64,000 nucleotides of DNA. Source: an uncultured Gemmatimonadales bacterium (GTDB lineage Bacteria; Gemmatimonadota; Gemmatimonadetes; Longimicrobiales; RSA9). The notes beneath the pieces are model-generated. The model saw only the letters and a list, made by a program, of their open reading frames with translations, ran no database searches and was not told the DNA's origin. Below, piece after piece: positions 17,265 through 28,012 of the stretch (within the stretch, counting starts at the first letter, position 1; every line of letters begins with the position of its first letter). The stretch spans positions 97,919 through 161,918 of the forward strand of contig CAWAMW010000013.1 in assembly GCA_963783305.1 (NCBI GenBank), read 5' to 3'. The translations under genes and the position numbers were made by a program.

Positions 17265-20200
17265 CGACCCCACGCAGCTCGGGCTCTTCGGCGCTGCGGA
17301 CGCCGCGGTTCCGGAACCCGTTGCGCCATCGGACCGGCCGCCCACCGGTGCCCGCGACCGCTTCATCGAGGGGGAGCTCCCGGACCAGCATGCCCGCGAC
17401 CGCATCGCCGGTGAGCTGGACACCAACTTCCTGGTCGAGGCTGGCGCGGGGTCCGGGAAGACCACGGCGCTCGTGGACCGCATGGTGGCCCTCGTGCGGG
17501 AGGGCGTGGCGCCCGTGGACGAGGTCACGGCCGTCACCTTCACCCGCAAGGCGGCCGCCGAGCTCCGGCAGCGGTTCCAGACGGCTCTCGAGCGCGCCAT
17601 CGCTCGCGCTCGCGAGGACGACAGTCAGGAGCTGGTCGACCGCCTGGATGGCGCGCTCCGGACCATCGATCGGTCCTTCATCGGGACCATCCACTCGTTC
17701 TGCGCTCGATTGCTCCGCGAGCGCCCGGTGGAGGCGGGCGTCGACCCCGGGTTCCAGGAGCTCCTGGGGGCGGAGGAGGTCCGTCAGCGCCGGGCCTTCT
17801 GGCGGACCCACCTGGAGCGGCTCGCTGCGGCGGCCGACCCGAGCATTGCCGAGCTGGCCGCAGTGGGGCTCGTGCCTGCGCAGCTGGAGAGTCTCTTCGA
17901 CCAGCTGGTCGGCAACCCCGACGTTACGTTCCCGGCGGAGCCGGTGGACCCACCCGGTGCGGAGGCCATCGATGCCCTCCGCCGCGAACTGGACGCGCTG
18001 CTGGAGCGTGGCCGGGCCATGATCCCCGACGAGCCCGCCGAGAAGGGCTGGGACGACCTCCAGGCGCGGCTCCGCCTCCTCCTGTTCCTCCGCCGGGTGG
18101 TGGACTGGAGCGACAGGACGGAGTTCCTGGAGCTCACGGGCGAAGAGTTCGTCGGACGCTCCTATCGCGTGACGCAGAACCGGTGGCCCGATGGGAAGGC
18201 GGCCAAGGCCCTGTCGAAGGACTGGGGTGAGCTGCGCGATGGGCTCGCGGCCGAGATCCTCGACCGCTGGTGGGCCCACCGCTACCCCATCGCCCTCGAG
18301 TTTGCGCGGGCGGCCGCGGACGCATTCGCTCACGAGCGCCGACGGACCGGCCGTCTCAACTTCCAGGACCTCCTCATGCTCGCCGCCCGCCTGCTCCGAA
18401 CCCACCCGCGGGCGCGGGAGGAGCTGGGGCTACGCTATCGTCGGCTGTTGGTGGACGAGTTCCAGGACACCGATCCGGTCCAGGCCGAGGTCCTGCTCCT
18501 CCTGGCTTCCCCGGCGGATGATCGCCGGTGGCAGGACGTCGTCCCTCGCTCTGGCGCGCTCTTCGTCGTGGGCGACCCGAAGCAGTCCATCTACCGGTTC
18601 CGCCGTGCGGATATCGCCGTGTACAACCTCGTACGCGACCGCTTTACGCAGTATGGAGACGTGCTCGAGCTCGTGGCCAACTTCCGGTCGCTCCCACCCG
18701 TGGGCGAGCTCGTGGACTCAGTCTTCCGTGATCGCTTCGGCCCCGAGGCCACCACCCACCAGGCGGCCTTCGCGCCCCTGCGAACCCGACGCGTGCCCGA
18801 CCCCGACCGCCAGGGGATCAGACAGTACTTCATCGATCCCGACGGTCGCTCGTTCGCAGCCGCGGCGACCAATGGCGCCGCGCGTCTGGTCCCGTGGATA
18901 GCGAGGGAGCTCGCCTCCGGACGCCGGCAGCCGGGCGATTTCCTGATCCTGGCGCGCCAGAAGGCGGAGCTCGCCACCTACGCGCGGACGCTGGAAGCGT
19001 GGCGGATCCCCGTCCAGGTCACTGGCGCGGGTGTGGACCAGACGGAGGAGCTGCGGGAGCTCCTGGTGCTGCTCGAGGCCCTGTCGGACCCGACGGACCC
19101 CGTCCGGATCGTCGCCGTGCTGGTCGGGCTGCTCTTCGGCCTGGACCACGACCAGCTCGTCGACTGGGTCCTGACAGAGGATGCGCCCGGGAGCCGTCGG
19201 TTCGACATCTCTCGGCCGCACGGGGGCGAGGACTCGCCCGTGGCCGCCGCCCTCCACACGCTGCACCTGTGGTGGGACCGGTCCCGGAGAGAGCCCGCGG
19301 ACGTGCTCGTGGGGCGGATCGTCGACGAGGTGGGGCTGGTCCCGCTCGCGGCCGCGCGGGAGCTGGGAGAGATTCGGGCCGGCTCGCTGCTTTTCGCCCT
19401 GGACACGATCCGCGTGGCGGCCCTGGCCGGTGACACCTCCATTGCCACGGCCACCGAGGCGCTGCGCGTGGCGCTGGAGGCCGATGAAGCGGAAGCGCCA
19501 CTGGAGCCGGTGCGGGCCGGTGTCGCCCGGATCATGACGCTCCACCAGGCGAAGGGACTGGAAGCGCCGGTCGTGGCGCTCGTACACCCCGTCGGCGGGC
19601 GCGAGCACCCCGTGACGCGGCACATCGAGCGCGGCCAGGACGGCTCGGCGGTGGGCTACCTCGTGGTGCAGGAGACGGAGAACCACCGCACGCGTATCAT
19701 CGCGCGGCCGTCCGGTTGGGAGGAGAAGGAGGCGGAGGAGCGCCGCTACGATGCCGCCGAGCAGGACCGTCTTCTGTATGTGGCGGCGACACGCGCGGCT
19801 GAAGAGCTCGTGGTCTCGCGCGTGGCGGGCGGCGAGGCGAGGTCGCCCTGGGCGGGGCTCTACGGCTGGATCGACGAGCACGGCCACGACCTGCGACTGG
19901 AGCCCGGGACCGCATCGGACCCGGATATCATGGACCGGGATGTGGACGAGCTTGCCCGTGCCGTGGCCCGGCTCCGGGACGAGCGCGCGGCGCGGAGCCG
20001 GCCTGGCTATGTCGTTCGCACGGCCACTTCACTGGCCAAGGCCGGCGGCGGGATCGAAGCCGGGGTCGGGGTACAGCCGTGGCCAGAGCCGCTCCCCGAT
20101 CCGAGGGACGGACCGGACCCGGAGTACCGCGGACGCAGCTGGGGGAGCGTGGTCCACGGAGCGCTCGAGGCCGCCGCCCGCGGCGCGGCCGGTGACGACC

Positions 20201-20685
20201 TCCGTCGCATCTCGCGCGGGCTCCTCCTGGAGCTGGAGCGCCCGGTGAGCGGGGGTGAGCCCGTGGAGCTCGATGAGCTCCTCCAGCTGGTGGGAGCGGT
20301 TCGTTCCTCCGCGCTCTGGGCGCGCGCCGCGGTCGCCGATCGCTGGCTGTCCGAAATACCGTTCGCCTATCGCGATGAGGCGGGCCGGTTCCACGATCCG
20401 GACCCGGATCTGCCCCCCGGGGTCCCCCGGATCATCGAGGGGGTGGTGGACCTGATCTTCCGCGAGGACGGCGGGTGGGTCGTCGTCGACTACAAGACCG
20501 ACGTGGGTGCCGACCCCGAGTTCCCGCGACGGCTCGAGTCGTACCGCCGCCAGGTGGAGCTGTATGCCGCCGCGTGGTCAGCCATGACCGGCGAGCCCGT
20601 GAAGGAGCGCGTGCTCCTCTTCACCGCACCCGGCGCCGCAGCGTACCTCCCGGCAGGATCCGGCGACGGGACCCTGCGCTGGTGA
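17248..20685 (+). CDS. addA: AddA-like UvrD helicase with C-terminal RecB-family nuclease
   Basis: EAGAGSGKT, TFTRKAAAEL, TIHSFC, LVDEFQDT, VGDPKQSIYRFRRAD, NFRS, TLHQAKGLE, LYVAATRA, EGVVDL..VDYKT. Confidence 0.88.
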   Translation: MAKRADDPTQLGLFGAADAAVPEPVAPSDRPPTGARDRFIEGELPDQHARDRIAGELDTNFLVEAGAGSGKTTALVDRMVALVREGVAPVDEVTAVTFTRKAAAELRQRFQTALERAIARAREDDSQELVDRLDGALRTIDRSFIGTIHSFCARLLRERPVEAGVDPGFQELLGAEEVRQRRAFWRTHLERLAAAADPSIAELAAVGLVPAQLESLFDQLVGNPDVTFPAEPVDPPGAEAIDALRRELDALLERGRAMIPDEPAEKGWDDLQARLRLLLFLRRVVDWSDRTEFLELTGEEFVGRSYRVTQNRWPDGKAAKALSKDWGELRDGLAAEILDRWWAHRYPIALEFARAAADAFAHERRRTGRLNFQDLLMLAARLLRTHPRAREELGLRYRRLLVDEFQDTDPVQAEVLLLLASPADDRRWQDVVPRSGALFVVGDPKQSIYRFRRADIAVYNLVRDRFTQYGDVLELVANFRSLPPVGELVDSVFRDRFGPEATTHQAAFAPLRTRRVPDPDRQGIRQYFIDPDGRSFAAAATNGAARLVPWIARELASGRRQPGDFLILARQKAELATYARTLEAWRIPVQVTGAGVDQTEELRELLVLLEALSDPTDPVRIVAVLVGLLFGLDHDQLVDWVLTEDAPGSRRFDISRPHGGEDSPVAAALHTLHLWWDRSRREPADVLVGRIVDEVGLVPLAAARELGEIRAGSLLFALDTIRVAALAGDTSIATATEALRVALEADEAEAPLEPVRAGVARIMTLHQAKGLEAPVVALVHPVGGREHPVTRHIERGQDGSAVGYLVVQETENHRTRIIARPSGWEEKEAEERRYDAAEQDRLLYVAATRAAEELVVSRVAGGEARSPWAGLYGWIDEHGHDLRLEPGTASDPDIMDRDVDELARAVARLRDERAARSRPGYVVRTATSLAKAGGGIEAGVGVQPWPEPLPDPRDGPDPEYRGRSWGSVVHGALEAAARGAAGDDLRRISRGLLLELERPVSGGEPVELDELLQLVGAVRSSALWARAAVADRWLSEIPFAYRDEAGRFHDPDPDLPPGVPRIIEGVVDLIFREDGGWVVVDYKTDVGADPEFPRRLESYRRQVELYAAAWSAMTGEPVKERVLLFTAPGAAAYLPAGSGDGTLRW

Positions 20686-20732
20686 CCTCCCGCCCTCTTC
20701 CTCCCCCTCCCGCCCGGCCCCAGAACGAACAA

Positions 20733-20761
20733 GGCCCGCCGATCTCCGGGATCGGCGGGCC
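20733..20761 (-). terminator. Intrinsic terminator, probably for the SWIB gene (possibly bidirectional)
   Basis: GGCCCGCCGATC-TCCGG-GATCGGCGGGCC 12-bp stem, followed on the minus strand by TTGTTCGTT. Confidence 0.7.
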
Positions 20762-20782
20762 ATAGTTCGGTCGGAGGGGGGG

Positions 20783-21043
20783 TCAGGTCTTCGAGACGTG
20801 CTGGTTGACGAGTTTGGTCATCTCGAACATCGAAACCTGGTTCTGCCCGTTGAAGATCGGACGCATGGTGTCATCCGCGTTGATCATTCGACGGTTCTGC
20901 GAGTCCTGCAGGTTGTTCTTCTTGACGTAGTCCCAGACTTTCTTCGTGATCTCGCTGCGGGTCATCGGCTGATTGCCCACTACTTTCGCGAGCTGATCAT
21001 CCGGCTGCACCTTCTGAGCGAGACCCCCGCGTGCCTTGGCCAT
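20783..21043 (-). CDS. Stand-alone SWIB/MDM2 domain protein
   Basis: LAKVVG..RSEITKKVWDYVKKNNLQD..RMINAD..VSMFEMTKLV; strong RBS GGAGG. Confidence 0.92.
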   Translation of the reverse strand: MAKARGGLAQKVQPDDQLAKVVGNQPMTRSEITKKVWDYVKKNNLQDSQNRRMINADDTMRPIFNGQNQVSMFEMTKLVNQHVSKT

Positions 21044-21137
21044 CCAAATCCTCCGTGTGAGTGTAAAAGGGCGGTTCTCCCGCCTCCCAAGCTATGCGCA
21101 GAGCGCGGCGGCGCAATGATGGCGATTCAATGCCTGT

Positions 21138-21833
21138 TCAGCCAGTGGGCAGAACGACAAGGTCATCGGCCAGTCTGAAACGCAGCTGCGGATCCTCCAT
21201 TCCGAGTCCCCGAAGCGCCGGCACCAGGATGCGCTCCAGCGCCCGCGCGGCGTTCACGCGGGGCTGGTACGATGTGCGCAGGTGGCTCAAGGCCTGCCGC
21301 CTCATGGCCGTCTCCACGATCGAGAGCGCCCTCCGCTCGACCCTTCCTTCCTGCGAGCCGATCCGCGCCCAGCCCCGGGTCGTCTCCACCTCGAGTCGGC
21401 TCAGGTCCGCCTCCGCCGAGTACACGGCCAGTGCTGGGATCTCCACCTGGATCGTACCATCGTCCAACATCCGGACCATCTCCGGTCGCAGAGAGTCGGC
21501 TTCGAACCCGTACGAGACCCGTCCCGGGACGCGCACTGTGGCCCGGGTGGTGCCCAGGTTGAGACCGATCACGCCCGGCAGCAGTACCTTGCTGTTCTCC
21601 ACCCGAGTGGTGACGTTCATCTTCAGCTGACCCGTCACCAGGAACGCCGCAGCACTCTCCCGTTCGAGGGCGGTGTACATCGCCTCCCGCACCTGCTGCT
21701 CCGTGATCTGCGGTATGCCGGGCGCACTCGGGAGGCTGTCGGCCACCCACCGGCTGACCCCCATGGCCAGGCCGGCCATGATCGCGGCCATAATGCCGAG
21801 GAATACGAGGAGGCGCTGCTTGTTCTTGGTCAC
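21138..21833 (-). CDS. Single-TM membrane-anchored protein, DUF4230-like
   Basis: N-terminal TM (RLLVFLGIMAAIMAGLAMGV), VRVPGRVSYGF, C-terminal NAARALERIL. Start approximate. Confidence 0.7.
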   Translation of the reverse strand: MTKNKQRLLVFLGIMAAIMAGLAMGVSRWVADSLPSAPGIPQITEQQVREAMYTALERESAAAFLVTGQLKMNVTTRVENSKVLLPGVIGLNLGTTRATVRVPGRVSYGFEADSLRPEMVRMLDDGTIQVEIPALAVYSAEADLSRLEVETTRGWARIGSQEGRVERRALSIVETAMRRQALSHLRTSYQPRVNAARALERILVPALRGLGMEDPQLRFRLADDLVVLPTG

Positions 21834-21962
21834 GACCACCAACGAACGCAGGACCGGGGCCAGGGAGCCCCACCACACCCCGCCACCCCCCGCGCCGGGT
21901 GGTCCGGATCGTGCCACCTCACCCTGCCTCGTGCCAACACGAGCCACGCAATCCGGACCCGT

Positions 21963-23171
21963 ATGAATTTCCTGCACATCGCCGACGTCCACCTGGGCGC
22001 TTCCTACTCCGGCTTCGGCGATCTCGCCGAACGCAGGTCGGGGGAGGTGCTCAACGCGTTCCGGCGCCTGCCGGACGTGGCGACGGAGGAGCGGGTGGAC
22101 GCCGTGCTCTTCGCGGGGGACCTGTTCGACGGGCCGCAGCCGGGCACGGAGATCATGGCTGCCGTACGCGATACCCTGCGCCGCTTCATGGACCTCTGCG
22201 TACCGGTGTTCATGGTGCCGGGGAACCATGACGCGGTCACGCTCCGTCTGGATCCCTACCGGGAGCTCGCGCGTGGATCGAGGGTCGTGGTGCAGACGGG
22301 GGAGGATCGTCCGGATCGGCCGTGGCCGGTCGTCGACGAGGAGGGGCGCAGGCTGGCGGAGAAGCACAGCATTTACATCCTGGCCGCGCCGCGCTTCGGG
22401 GAGCCGGTCCACGTCCAGACGGACAGCGGTCCGCTGCACGTGTACGGGATCGCCTACGACAGCGCGGAGTCCAGGGACCCGCTCTCGACGTTCCGGCGGC
22501 GGGAGGGGGCGGGTGCCCACGTAGCGCTGCTGCACGCCTCCGTCCAGGATGCCGGTCACTGGAAGGCCTCGGGGAGCTCACTCGCGGTAGGATCCGCCGA
22601 GCTTGCGGCTCTGGACGTGGATTACATCGCTCTTGGCGATCACCACCGCCCCAGGATGCCGGAGGAGTTCGACGACCTGCCGGCGTGCTATCCCGGCTCG
22701 TTCGCCGCGTGTGACCTCACGGAGACGGGTCCTCGTGGCTACGTGCTCGCGGAGGTGGAGCCCGGCGGTGCGGCGCGGGTGGAGCATCGCGAATCGGGGG
22801 TGCTCGAGGTCGCGGCGATGGAGCTGGACGTATCGCCGTTCACCAATCACGTCCGGATCGTCGAGTCCCTCATCCGGATGCTCCCATCCCAGGCGGTACC
22901 GGTGGTCCGGCTGGTGGGAGAGCCCGGGTTCCCGCTGGATGCCGACCAGGTGACGGCGGAGCTTTCCGAGCGATACGGCCATGCGCAAGTGGCCGATGAG
23001 ACCCGATATTATGCGTCCGCCCGGCTGGCCGAGTTGGCCGAGCTGGACACGGTCGCGGGCCACGTGGTGCGGCTGGGTCGTCAGAGGATCGAGGCGGCAC
23101 CGGAGGGACGGGAGCGGGCGGTTGCCCAGCGGGCGCTCCGTGCGGCCCTGCGGGCTCTGGAGGTGGACTGA
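21963..23171 (+). CDS. Mre11/SbcD-family metallophosphoesterase nuclease
   Basis: FLHIADVHLG, FAGDLFD, PGNHD, LLH, YIALGDHH, YPGS. ATG at 21963. Confidence 0.9.
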   Translation: MNFLHIADVHLGASYSGFGDLAERRSGEVLNAFRRLPDVATEERVDAVLFAGDLFDGPQPGTEIMAAVRDTLRRFMDLCVPVFMVPGNHDAVTLRLDPYRELARGSRVVVQTGEDRPDRPWPVVDEEGRRLAEKHSIYILAAPRFGEPVHVQTDSGPLHVYGIAYDSAESRDPLSTFRRREGAGAHVALLHASVQDAGHWKASGSSLAVGSAELAALDVDYIALGDHHRPRMPEEFDDLPACYPGSFAACDLTETGPRGYVLAEVEPGGAARVEHRESGVLEVAAMELDVSPFTNHVRIVESLIRMLPSQAVPVVRLVGEPGFPLDADQVTAELSERYGHAQVADETRYYASARLAELAELDTVAGHVVRLGRQRIEAAPEGRERAVAQRALRAALRALEVD

Positions 23172-25348
23172 TGCTTCGCCCGCGGTTCGAGGTGGTGGAC
23201 CTCCGTTACGGCTGCCATGAGGGGGAATGGACCCTGCCTCTCGAGGATCGACCGGTGGTCATCACGGGGCCGAACGGGAGCGGGAAGACCACCTTCGTCG
23301 AGGGTCTGGTCCGGACGCTGTTCGGGTTCGACCGTCGGAAGACCGAGGATACCACGGAGGTGGAGGCCCGCCGCCCCTGGAAGAGTGAGGGTCTGCGGGG
23401 CCGGGTGGTGCTGTCGCGGAACGGGGAGCGCGTGGAAATCCGCCGGGACTTCGAGACCGATCAGGTCCGGGTGTACGCGCCGGACGAGGGGGTGGAGCAC
23501 TTCGTGGGCGACGGCAACCCTGCAGCCCGGAACCAGGAGGCGCGCCGATACCGCCAGCTCCTCACCACCCTGCTGGGACTCCGCGGCCTCGACGCCTACC
23601 GTCAGACGCTCCTGATCCGCCAGGGCGATCTGGCGGACGCGGCGCTTGGCGACCACCTGCTCCGGGTCGCGGCCGGCGGCCACGCGCGGGTCGAGGCCGC
23701 GCGCCACCAGATCGCACAGACGCACCGCGCCACCACCCGGCGAGCGATCCACTCCGGCGCGGCCTCCGCCATCAATCCCCGGGAGATGGAGAAGCTCGAC
23801 GAGGAGATCGCGGCGGTCGGCGCCCGCCTTGAGGCCGCCCGGACGGCGGGAGACAAGCGGGCCCCGCTCGCCCTGGAAAGGGACCGTGTGGCGGACCGGC
23901 TGACGCGCCTGGACGACGAGATCGTGCTCCTGGAGAACGCCCTTTCCGCCCTCGCCCGCACCGACGCTACCGAGCTCCACAACCGACGACTTCGCCAGCA
24001 GGGCCGGGAGCTGGACGAGGCGCGGGAGTGGCTTGATCAGGCCGCCACCGAGCTGGAGCAGGCCACCCGCGAGCATAAGGAGGCCTTCGCCGGCGGGGCC
24101 TACCCGGCCGACGTGCCGGAGAGGATCGCCCGCGCCGAGGTCTGGTGGGAGGAGCTCGAAAAGCTCGGCAGCGCTCCGGCGCCGTGGCTGGGGGCCGGTG
24201 CGCTGGTCCTCCTGGCGGCCGGTGCCGCGCTCATGGCGCTCGGCTATCCCATCTGGGCCCTGATCACCGGCGGAACGGGCGTGGTCGCGGGCGCCGCCTG
24301 GCTCGCACTCTGGCTGTGGGGTCTACGCCGTCGCAAAGGGGCGCGCACGCAGGTGCGGGCGCTCCTCGACGGCATTCCCCGGGGCAAGTCCCTCGGTCCG
24401 GGGAACCGGCAGAGTGCGCTCGCCCGCTATCAGGAGCAGCGGAAGGCGGAGCTGCGGATCGAAGCGGCCCGGCGCACTCTGGCCGAGGGGATGCGGGAAG
24501 CCCGTTCCGTGCTCGCCGAAGTTGAGCACGATCCAGGCTCCGGGTCCCCGGAGGACCCGCAGGCGGCGGGCGTCGCGGTGCGGGGGCGGCGCCTGGCGCG
24601 GCGAGCGGAGGACGCGGCGGCGCGGGTTCGAGACCGCCTTACCGCGGGCCGCTCTGAGATCGACCGTATCGGGGAGCTCTCCCTGGCGCTCCCCCCGGAC
24701 GTGCCACCCACAGAGGAGTCGGTGGCGACGGCCCTCAGGGAGCGCCGGGGGGAGCGATCCAAGGCGCAGGAGACGCTCCGGGAGGTTGCGCAGGAGCTGC
24801 TGGAGCGAGGCACTCCGAGCGAAAGCGCCGAGGCGCTCCAGAGCCGGCTCTCGTCGCTCGAGCCCAGGCGGGCGGCGCTGAGCCAGAAGGCCGAAGTGCT
24901 GGAAGCCGCCCACGCCCTGATCCTCGACGCCTACGACGACTTCCGCGACCGTGACCAGGACCGCCTGGTCGACCGCGTGACCGAGCAGGTTCACCGGCTC
25001 TCCAGTGGGCGCATGGAATCGATCCATGTGGAGGGCAGCCTCGACGAGGCGCGGGTGCGGATCGATGGTCGCCTGGTGCCCATGTGCTCGCCGCCCCTGA
25101 GCTTCGGTGAGTTCCACGCGCTCCAGCTGGGTGTGCGGCTCGGTGCCGCCGAGTTCCTGGCCGGCATGGGGATCCTGCCCCCGCTCCTGGTGGACGAGCC
25201 GTTCGCTCACCTGGATGCGGGTCGGGCGGAGGCCGTGTGGAGCCTTCTCCGGGACGTGTCGCAGACCCGCCAGGTCATCATCACGACCCGGGACGCTCGG
25301 CTGCTCGAGTCGCTCGGCGCCGAGCCCGATATCCAGCTGGAGCGCTGA
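23171..25348 (+). CDS. SMC/Rad50-like ABC ATPase (YhaN-type) with a central hydrophobic TM hairpin
   Basis: GPNGSGKTT Walker A, coiled coils, two hydrophobic helices mid-protein, LSFGE signature, LLVDEPF Walker B; TGATG coupling to the nuclease gene. Confidence 0.85.
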   Translation: MLRPRFEVVDLRYGCHEGEWTLPLEDRPVVITGPNGSGKTTFVEGLVRTLFGFDRRKTEDTTEVEARRPWKSEGLRGRVVLSRNGERVEIRRDFETDQVRVYAPDEGVEHFVGDGNPAARNQEARRYRQLLTTLLGLRGLDAYRQTLLIRQGDLADAALGDHLLRVAAGGHARVEAARHQIAQTHRATTRRAIHSGAASAINPREMEKLDEEIAAVGARLEAARTAGDKRAPLALERDRVADRLTRLDDEIVLLENALSALARTDATELHNRRLRQQGRELDEAREWLDQAATELEQATREHKEAFAGGAYPADVPERIARAEVWWEELEKLGSAPAPWLGAGALVLLAAGAALMALGYPIWALITGGTGVVAGAAWLALWLWGLRRRKGARTQVRALLDGIPRGKSLGPGNRQSALARYQEQRKAELRIEAARRTLAEGMREARSVLAEVEHDPGSGSPEDPQAAGVAVRGRRLARRAEDAAARVRDRLTAGRSEIDRIGELSLALPPDVPPTEESVATALRERRGERSKAQETLREVAQELLERGTPSESAEALQSRLSSLEPRRAALSQKAEVLEAAHALILDAYDDFRDRDQDRLVDRVTEQVHRLSSGRMESIHVEGSLDEARVRIDGRLVPMCSPPLSFGEFHALQLGVRLGAAEFLAGMGILPPLLVDEPFAHLDAGRAEAVWSLLRDVSQTRQVIITTRDARLLESLGAEPDIQLER

Positions 25349-25423
25349 ACGGTTCCGTTCCAGCTATCAACCCCGTGATCGGTGTGCCGATACTACCTGT
25401 GCACCCCTTTGAGAACAGGAGCC

Positions 25424-28012
25424 ATGCAGGAGCTATTCGACCCGGCCAGCTACGGCAGCAGCGCGTTCTCCGTTCCCATCGGGGCGGTGGCGCTGCTGTC
25501 GCTTTGCCTGGGCGTCTGGGCGGTCTGGTATGAGCGAGGCCGCCGCGTCAGCCTGTCCCTCTTCGCCGCTACCCTCGCCGTGGCCACCTACCTCGGCGGC
25601 TTTGCGTTCATGGTCGGCGCCACCTCGCATGATGTCGCGCTCTTCTGGGGTCGCTTCGCATACCTCGGCATACCCTTCATCGTGCCGGCCGTCTACCAGC
25701 TCAGCATGGACCTGCTCGGCCGGCGAGAGCAGCGCCGAGCGCTCATCCGCGTGGGGTGGGGCGTCGGTATCGTGTACGCGTTCCTGGCGGTGCGAACCGA
25801 CTGGCTGGTCAGCGGCGTCTTCCGCATGGAATGGGGCTTCATCACCCACATCACGCTGTGGACGCTGCCGATCCTGCTCTGGTCCGGCGTCCTCCTCGGC
25901 CTGGCGATCCGGGACTTCGCGAAGGCATACCGCCACGCCGACGCCATCCAGCGGGCGAGAATCCGGCTGTTCGCCGTTCCCATCGCCATCGGCAGTCTGG
26001 CCTTCGTCGATTATGCGCCCTCGCTCGGGTTGCCTGTGGCGCCCTGGGGGTTCGTCTCCTTCGGTGCGTTCATCCTCAGCGCCGCCTGGGCCGTGGCGCG
26101 CTATCATCTGCCTGAGCTCACGCCGTCGTTCGCGGCGCACCAGATCGTCCGCACCATCGCCGAGCCGCTACTGGTCTGCGACGAACGCGGCGCGATCGCC
26201 TTCGCCAACCCCGCCGCCTCGCTCCTCTTCGGCTGGAGCCAGGACGAGCTGGTAGGGGAGCGACTCCACCTGCTGTTCGGCAACAGGGAAGCACATCAAA
26301 TCCTGAGCGATGACAGCGCCACTCCCACGGAGATGGAGCTGCTTGGGCGAAAGGGGGAGCCGCTCGCTGTGGCCGTGACCACCAGCCGGATCGTCGGGCG
26401 CTCCGGGCAGCAGGTCGGGACCGTGGTCGTGGCCCGGGACATCCGGCACATCCGGCGGGCCGCCCGGGAGCTGGAGCGGCGGGAGCAGCGCTTCCGGGCC
26501 CTGATCGAGCACGCCCGCGACGTCATTATGATCCTGAACGGCGACGGTCGGATCATCTACGAGAGCCCGGCGGCCCAGGAGCTTCTCGGGTACCGGCCGG
26601 ACGAATCGTTCGCGTCCGTGGTGTTCGACCGGATCCACCCGGAGGACCTGGAATCCACCCGGTCGGTCTTCGCGGGTCTATTGGAGAGGCCCGGGGGGCT
26701 GGTGGACGCCGAGTGCCGGGTGCGGCACACGGAGGGCGACTACCGGGTGTTCGAGTACCGGGGCAAGAACCTCCTCGACAACCCTGCCGTCCGGGGAATC
26801 GTGATCAACGCCCGCGACATCCACGAGGAGCGGCAGCTGGCGGCGCAGCTTCAGCAGGCGCAGAAGATGGAGGCTATCGGCCGCCTGGCGGGAGGCGTGG
26901 CCCACGACTTCAACAATATCCTTACGGCCATCCAGGGGAACGTGGCGCTGATCGGTGAGGACCTGCCGGATGGCGGCACGTTCGGAGCGGAGCTGAGGGA
27001 GATCGAGGAAGGGGCTCGACGCGCGAGCCGCCTCACCAGTCAGCTCCTCTCGTTCAGCCGGCGACAGGTCGTTCGCGCCGAGGTCCTGAATCTGAACCAC
27101 CTCGTTCGCGAGACGCAGAGCATGCTCGAGCGGTTGATCGGCGAGAACATCCGCCTGGACCTCCGGCTCGACGCCCGCAGGGATGTGGTCCGCGCCGATC
27201 GCGGTCAACTGGAGCAGATCGTCGTCAACCTGGTCGTGAACGCTCGCGACGCGCTGCACGATGGGGGACGGATCGAGATCGCCACCGCCGATGTCGAGAT
27301 CGATGCCGAAGCGGCTCGTGCGGCGGAGTTCCAGCTGGTCCCCGGCTCGTACGCACTCCTCACCGTCACGGATGACGGCCAGGGCATGGACGACGAGACC
27401 CGGAGCCGGATCTTCGAGCCGTTCTTCACCACCAAGCCGCGCGGAAAGGGCACAGGTCTAGGACTCAGCACCGTCTACGGCGCCGTGCGCCAGGCGGCCG
27501 GCTATATCGGGGTGGAGACGGTGCCGGGCGCCGGCACCACCTTCCGTGTCTATCTCCCGCGCGTCGAGGACGCGACCCCCCGTCCCAGCTCGGACACGAA
27601 GACCCCGGTCGAGCTGGAGGCCGACGGTGACCTGGTTCTGGTAGTGGAGGACGAGGCGCCGGTTCGGACGCTCATCGCGCGCATCCTGGAACGCCGTGGC
27701 TACACAGTTCTCCAGGCCGCCGACGGTCAGGAAGCGCTGGACCTCGCCGAGCGGCAGCAGGAGCGGATCGATCTGCTCATTGCCGACCTGGTCATGCCGG
27801 GGCTCAGCGGCCGAGAGGTCGCCGACCGCCTCACCGCTCGGTACCCGGAAATGGCCGTGATCCTCATCTCGGGGTACACCGCCGACGAGGTGGTGCGCGA
27901 GGGGATCCTCACCGGCGTCCGGAACTTCCTGCCCAAACCCTTTACACCCGACGCCCTCGCCCGCACCGTGGCGGCGGTACTCGGCCAGAAGAGTCCCGAC
28001 GCGTCCCGCTAG
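25424..28012 (+). CDS. Hybrid sensor histidine kinase (HisKA_7TM-like multi-TM N-terminus, 2 PAS, HisKA, HATPase, receiver)
   Basis: [50 protein letters not shown], receiver VEDE..DLVMPG..KPF. Confidence 0.93.
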   Translation: MQELFDPASYGSSAFSVPIGAVALLSLCLGVWAVWYERGRRVSLSLFAATLAVATYLGGFAFMVGATSHDVALFWGRFAYLGIPFIVPAVYQLSMDLLGRREQRRALIRVGWGVGIVYAFLAVRTDWLVSGVFRMEWGFITHITLWTLPILLWSGVLLGLAIRDFAKAYRHADAIQRARIRLFAVPIAIGSLAFVDYAPSLGLPVAPWGFVSFGAFILSAAWAVARYHLPELTPSFAAHQIVRTIAEPLLVCDERGAIAFANPAASLLFGWSQDELVGERLHLLFGNREAHQILSDDSATPTEMELLGRKGEPLAVAVTTSRIVGRSGQQVGTVVVARDIRHIRRAARELERREQRFRALIEHARDVIMILNGDGRIIYESPAAQELLGYRPDESFASVVFDRIHPEDLESTRSVFAGLLERPGGLVDAECRVRHTEGDYRVFEYRGKNLLDNPAVRGIVINARDIHEERQLAAQLQQAQKMEAIGRLAGGVAHDFNNILTAIQGNVALIGEDLPDGGTFGAELREIEEGARRASRLTSQLLSFSRRQVVRAEVLNLNHLVRETQSMLERLIGENIRLDLRLDARRDVVRADRGQLEQIVVNLVVNARDALHDGGRIEIATADVEIDAEAARAAEFQLVPGSYALLTVTDDGQGMDDETRSRIFEPFFTTKPRGKGTGLGLSTVYGAVRQAAGYIGVETVPGAGTTFRVYLPRVEDATPRPSSDTKTPVELEADGDLVLVVEDEAPVRTLIARILERRGYTVLQAADGQEALDLAERQQERIDLLIADLVMPGLSGREVADRLTARYPEMAVILISGYTADEVVREGILTGVRNFLPKPFTPDALARTVAAVLGQKSPDASR

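Noticed and set aside
14823..17600. 925-aa minus-strand ORF, and similar long antisense ORFs at 4805-6904, 8675-10426, 35784-37580, 52179-53813 and 57695-59170
   Set aside because: They mirror well-supported genes on the other strand; long stop-free shadow frames are expected at about 70% GC.
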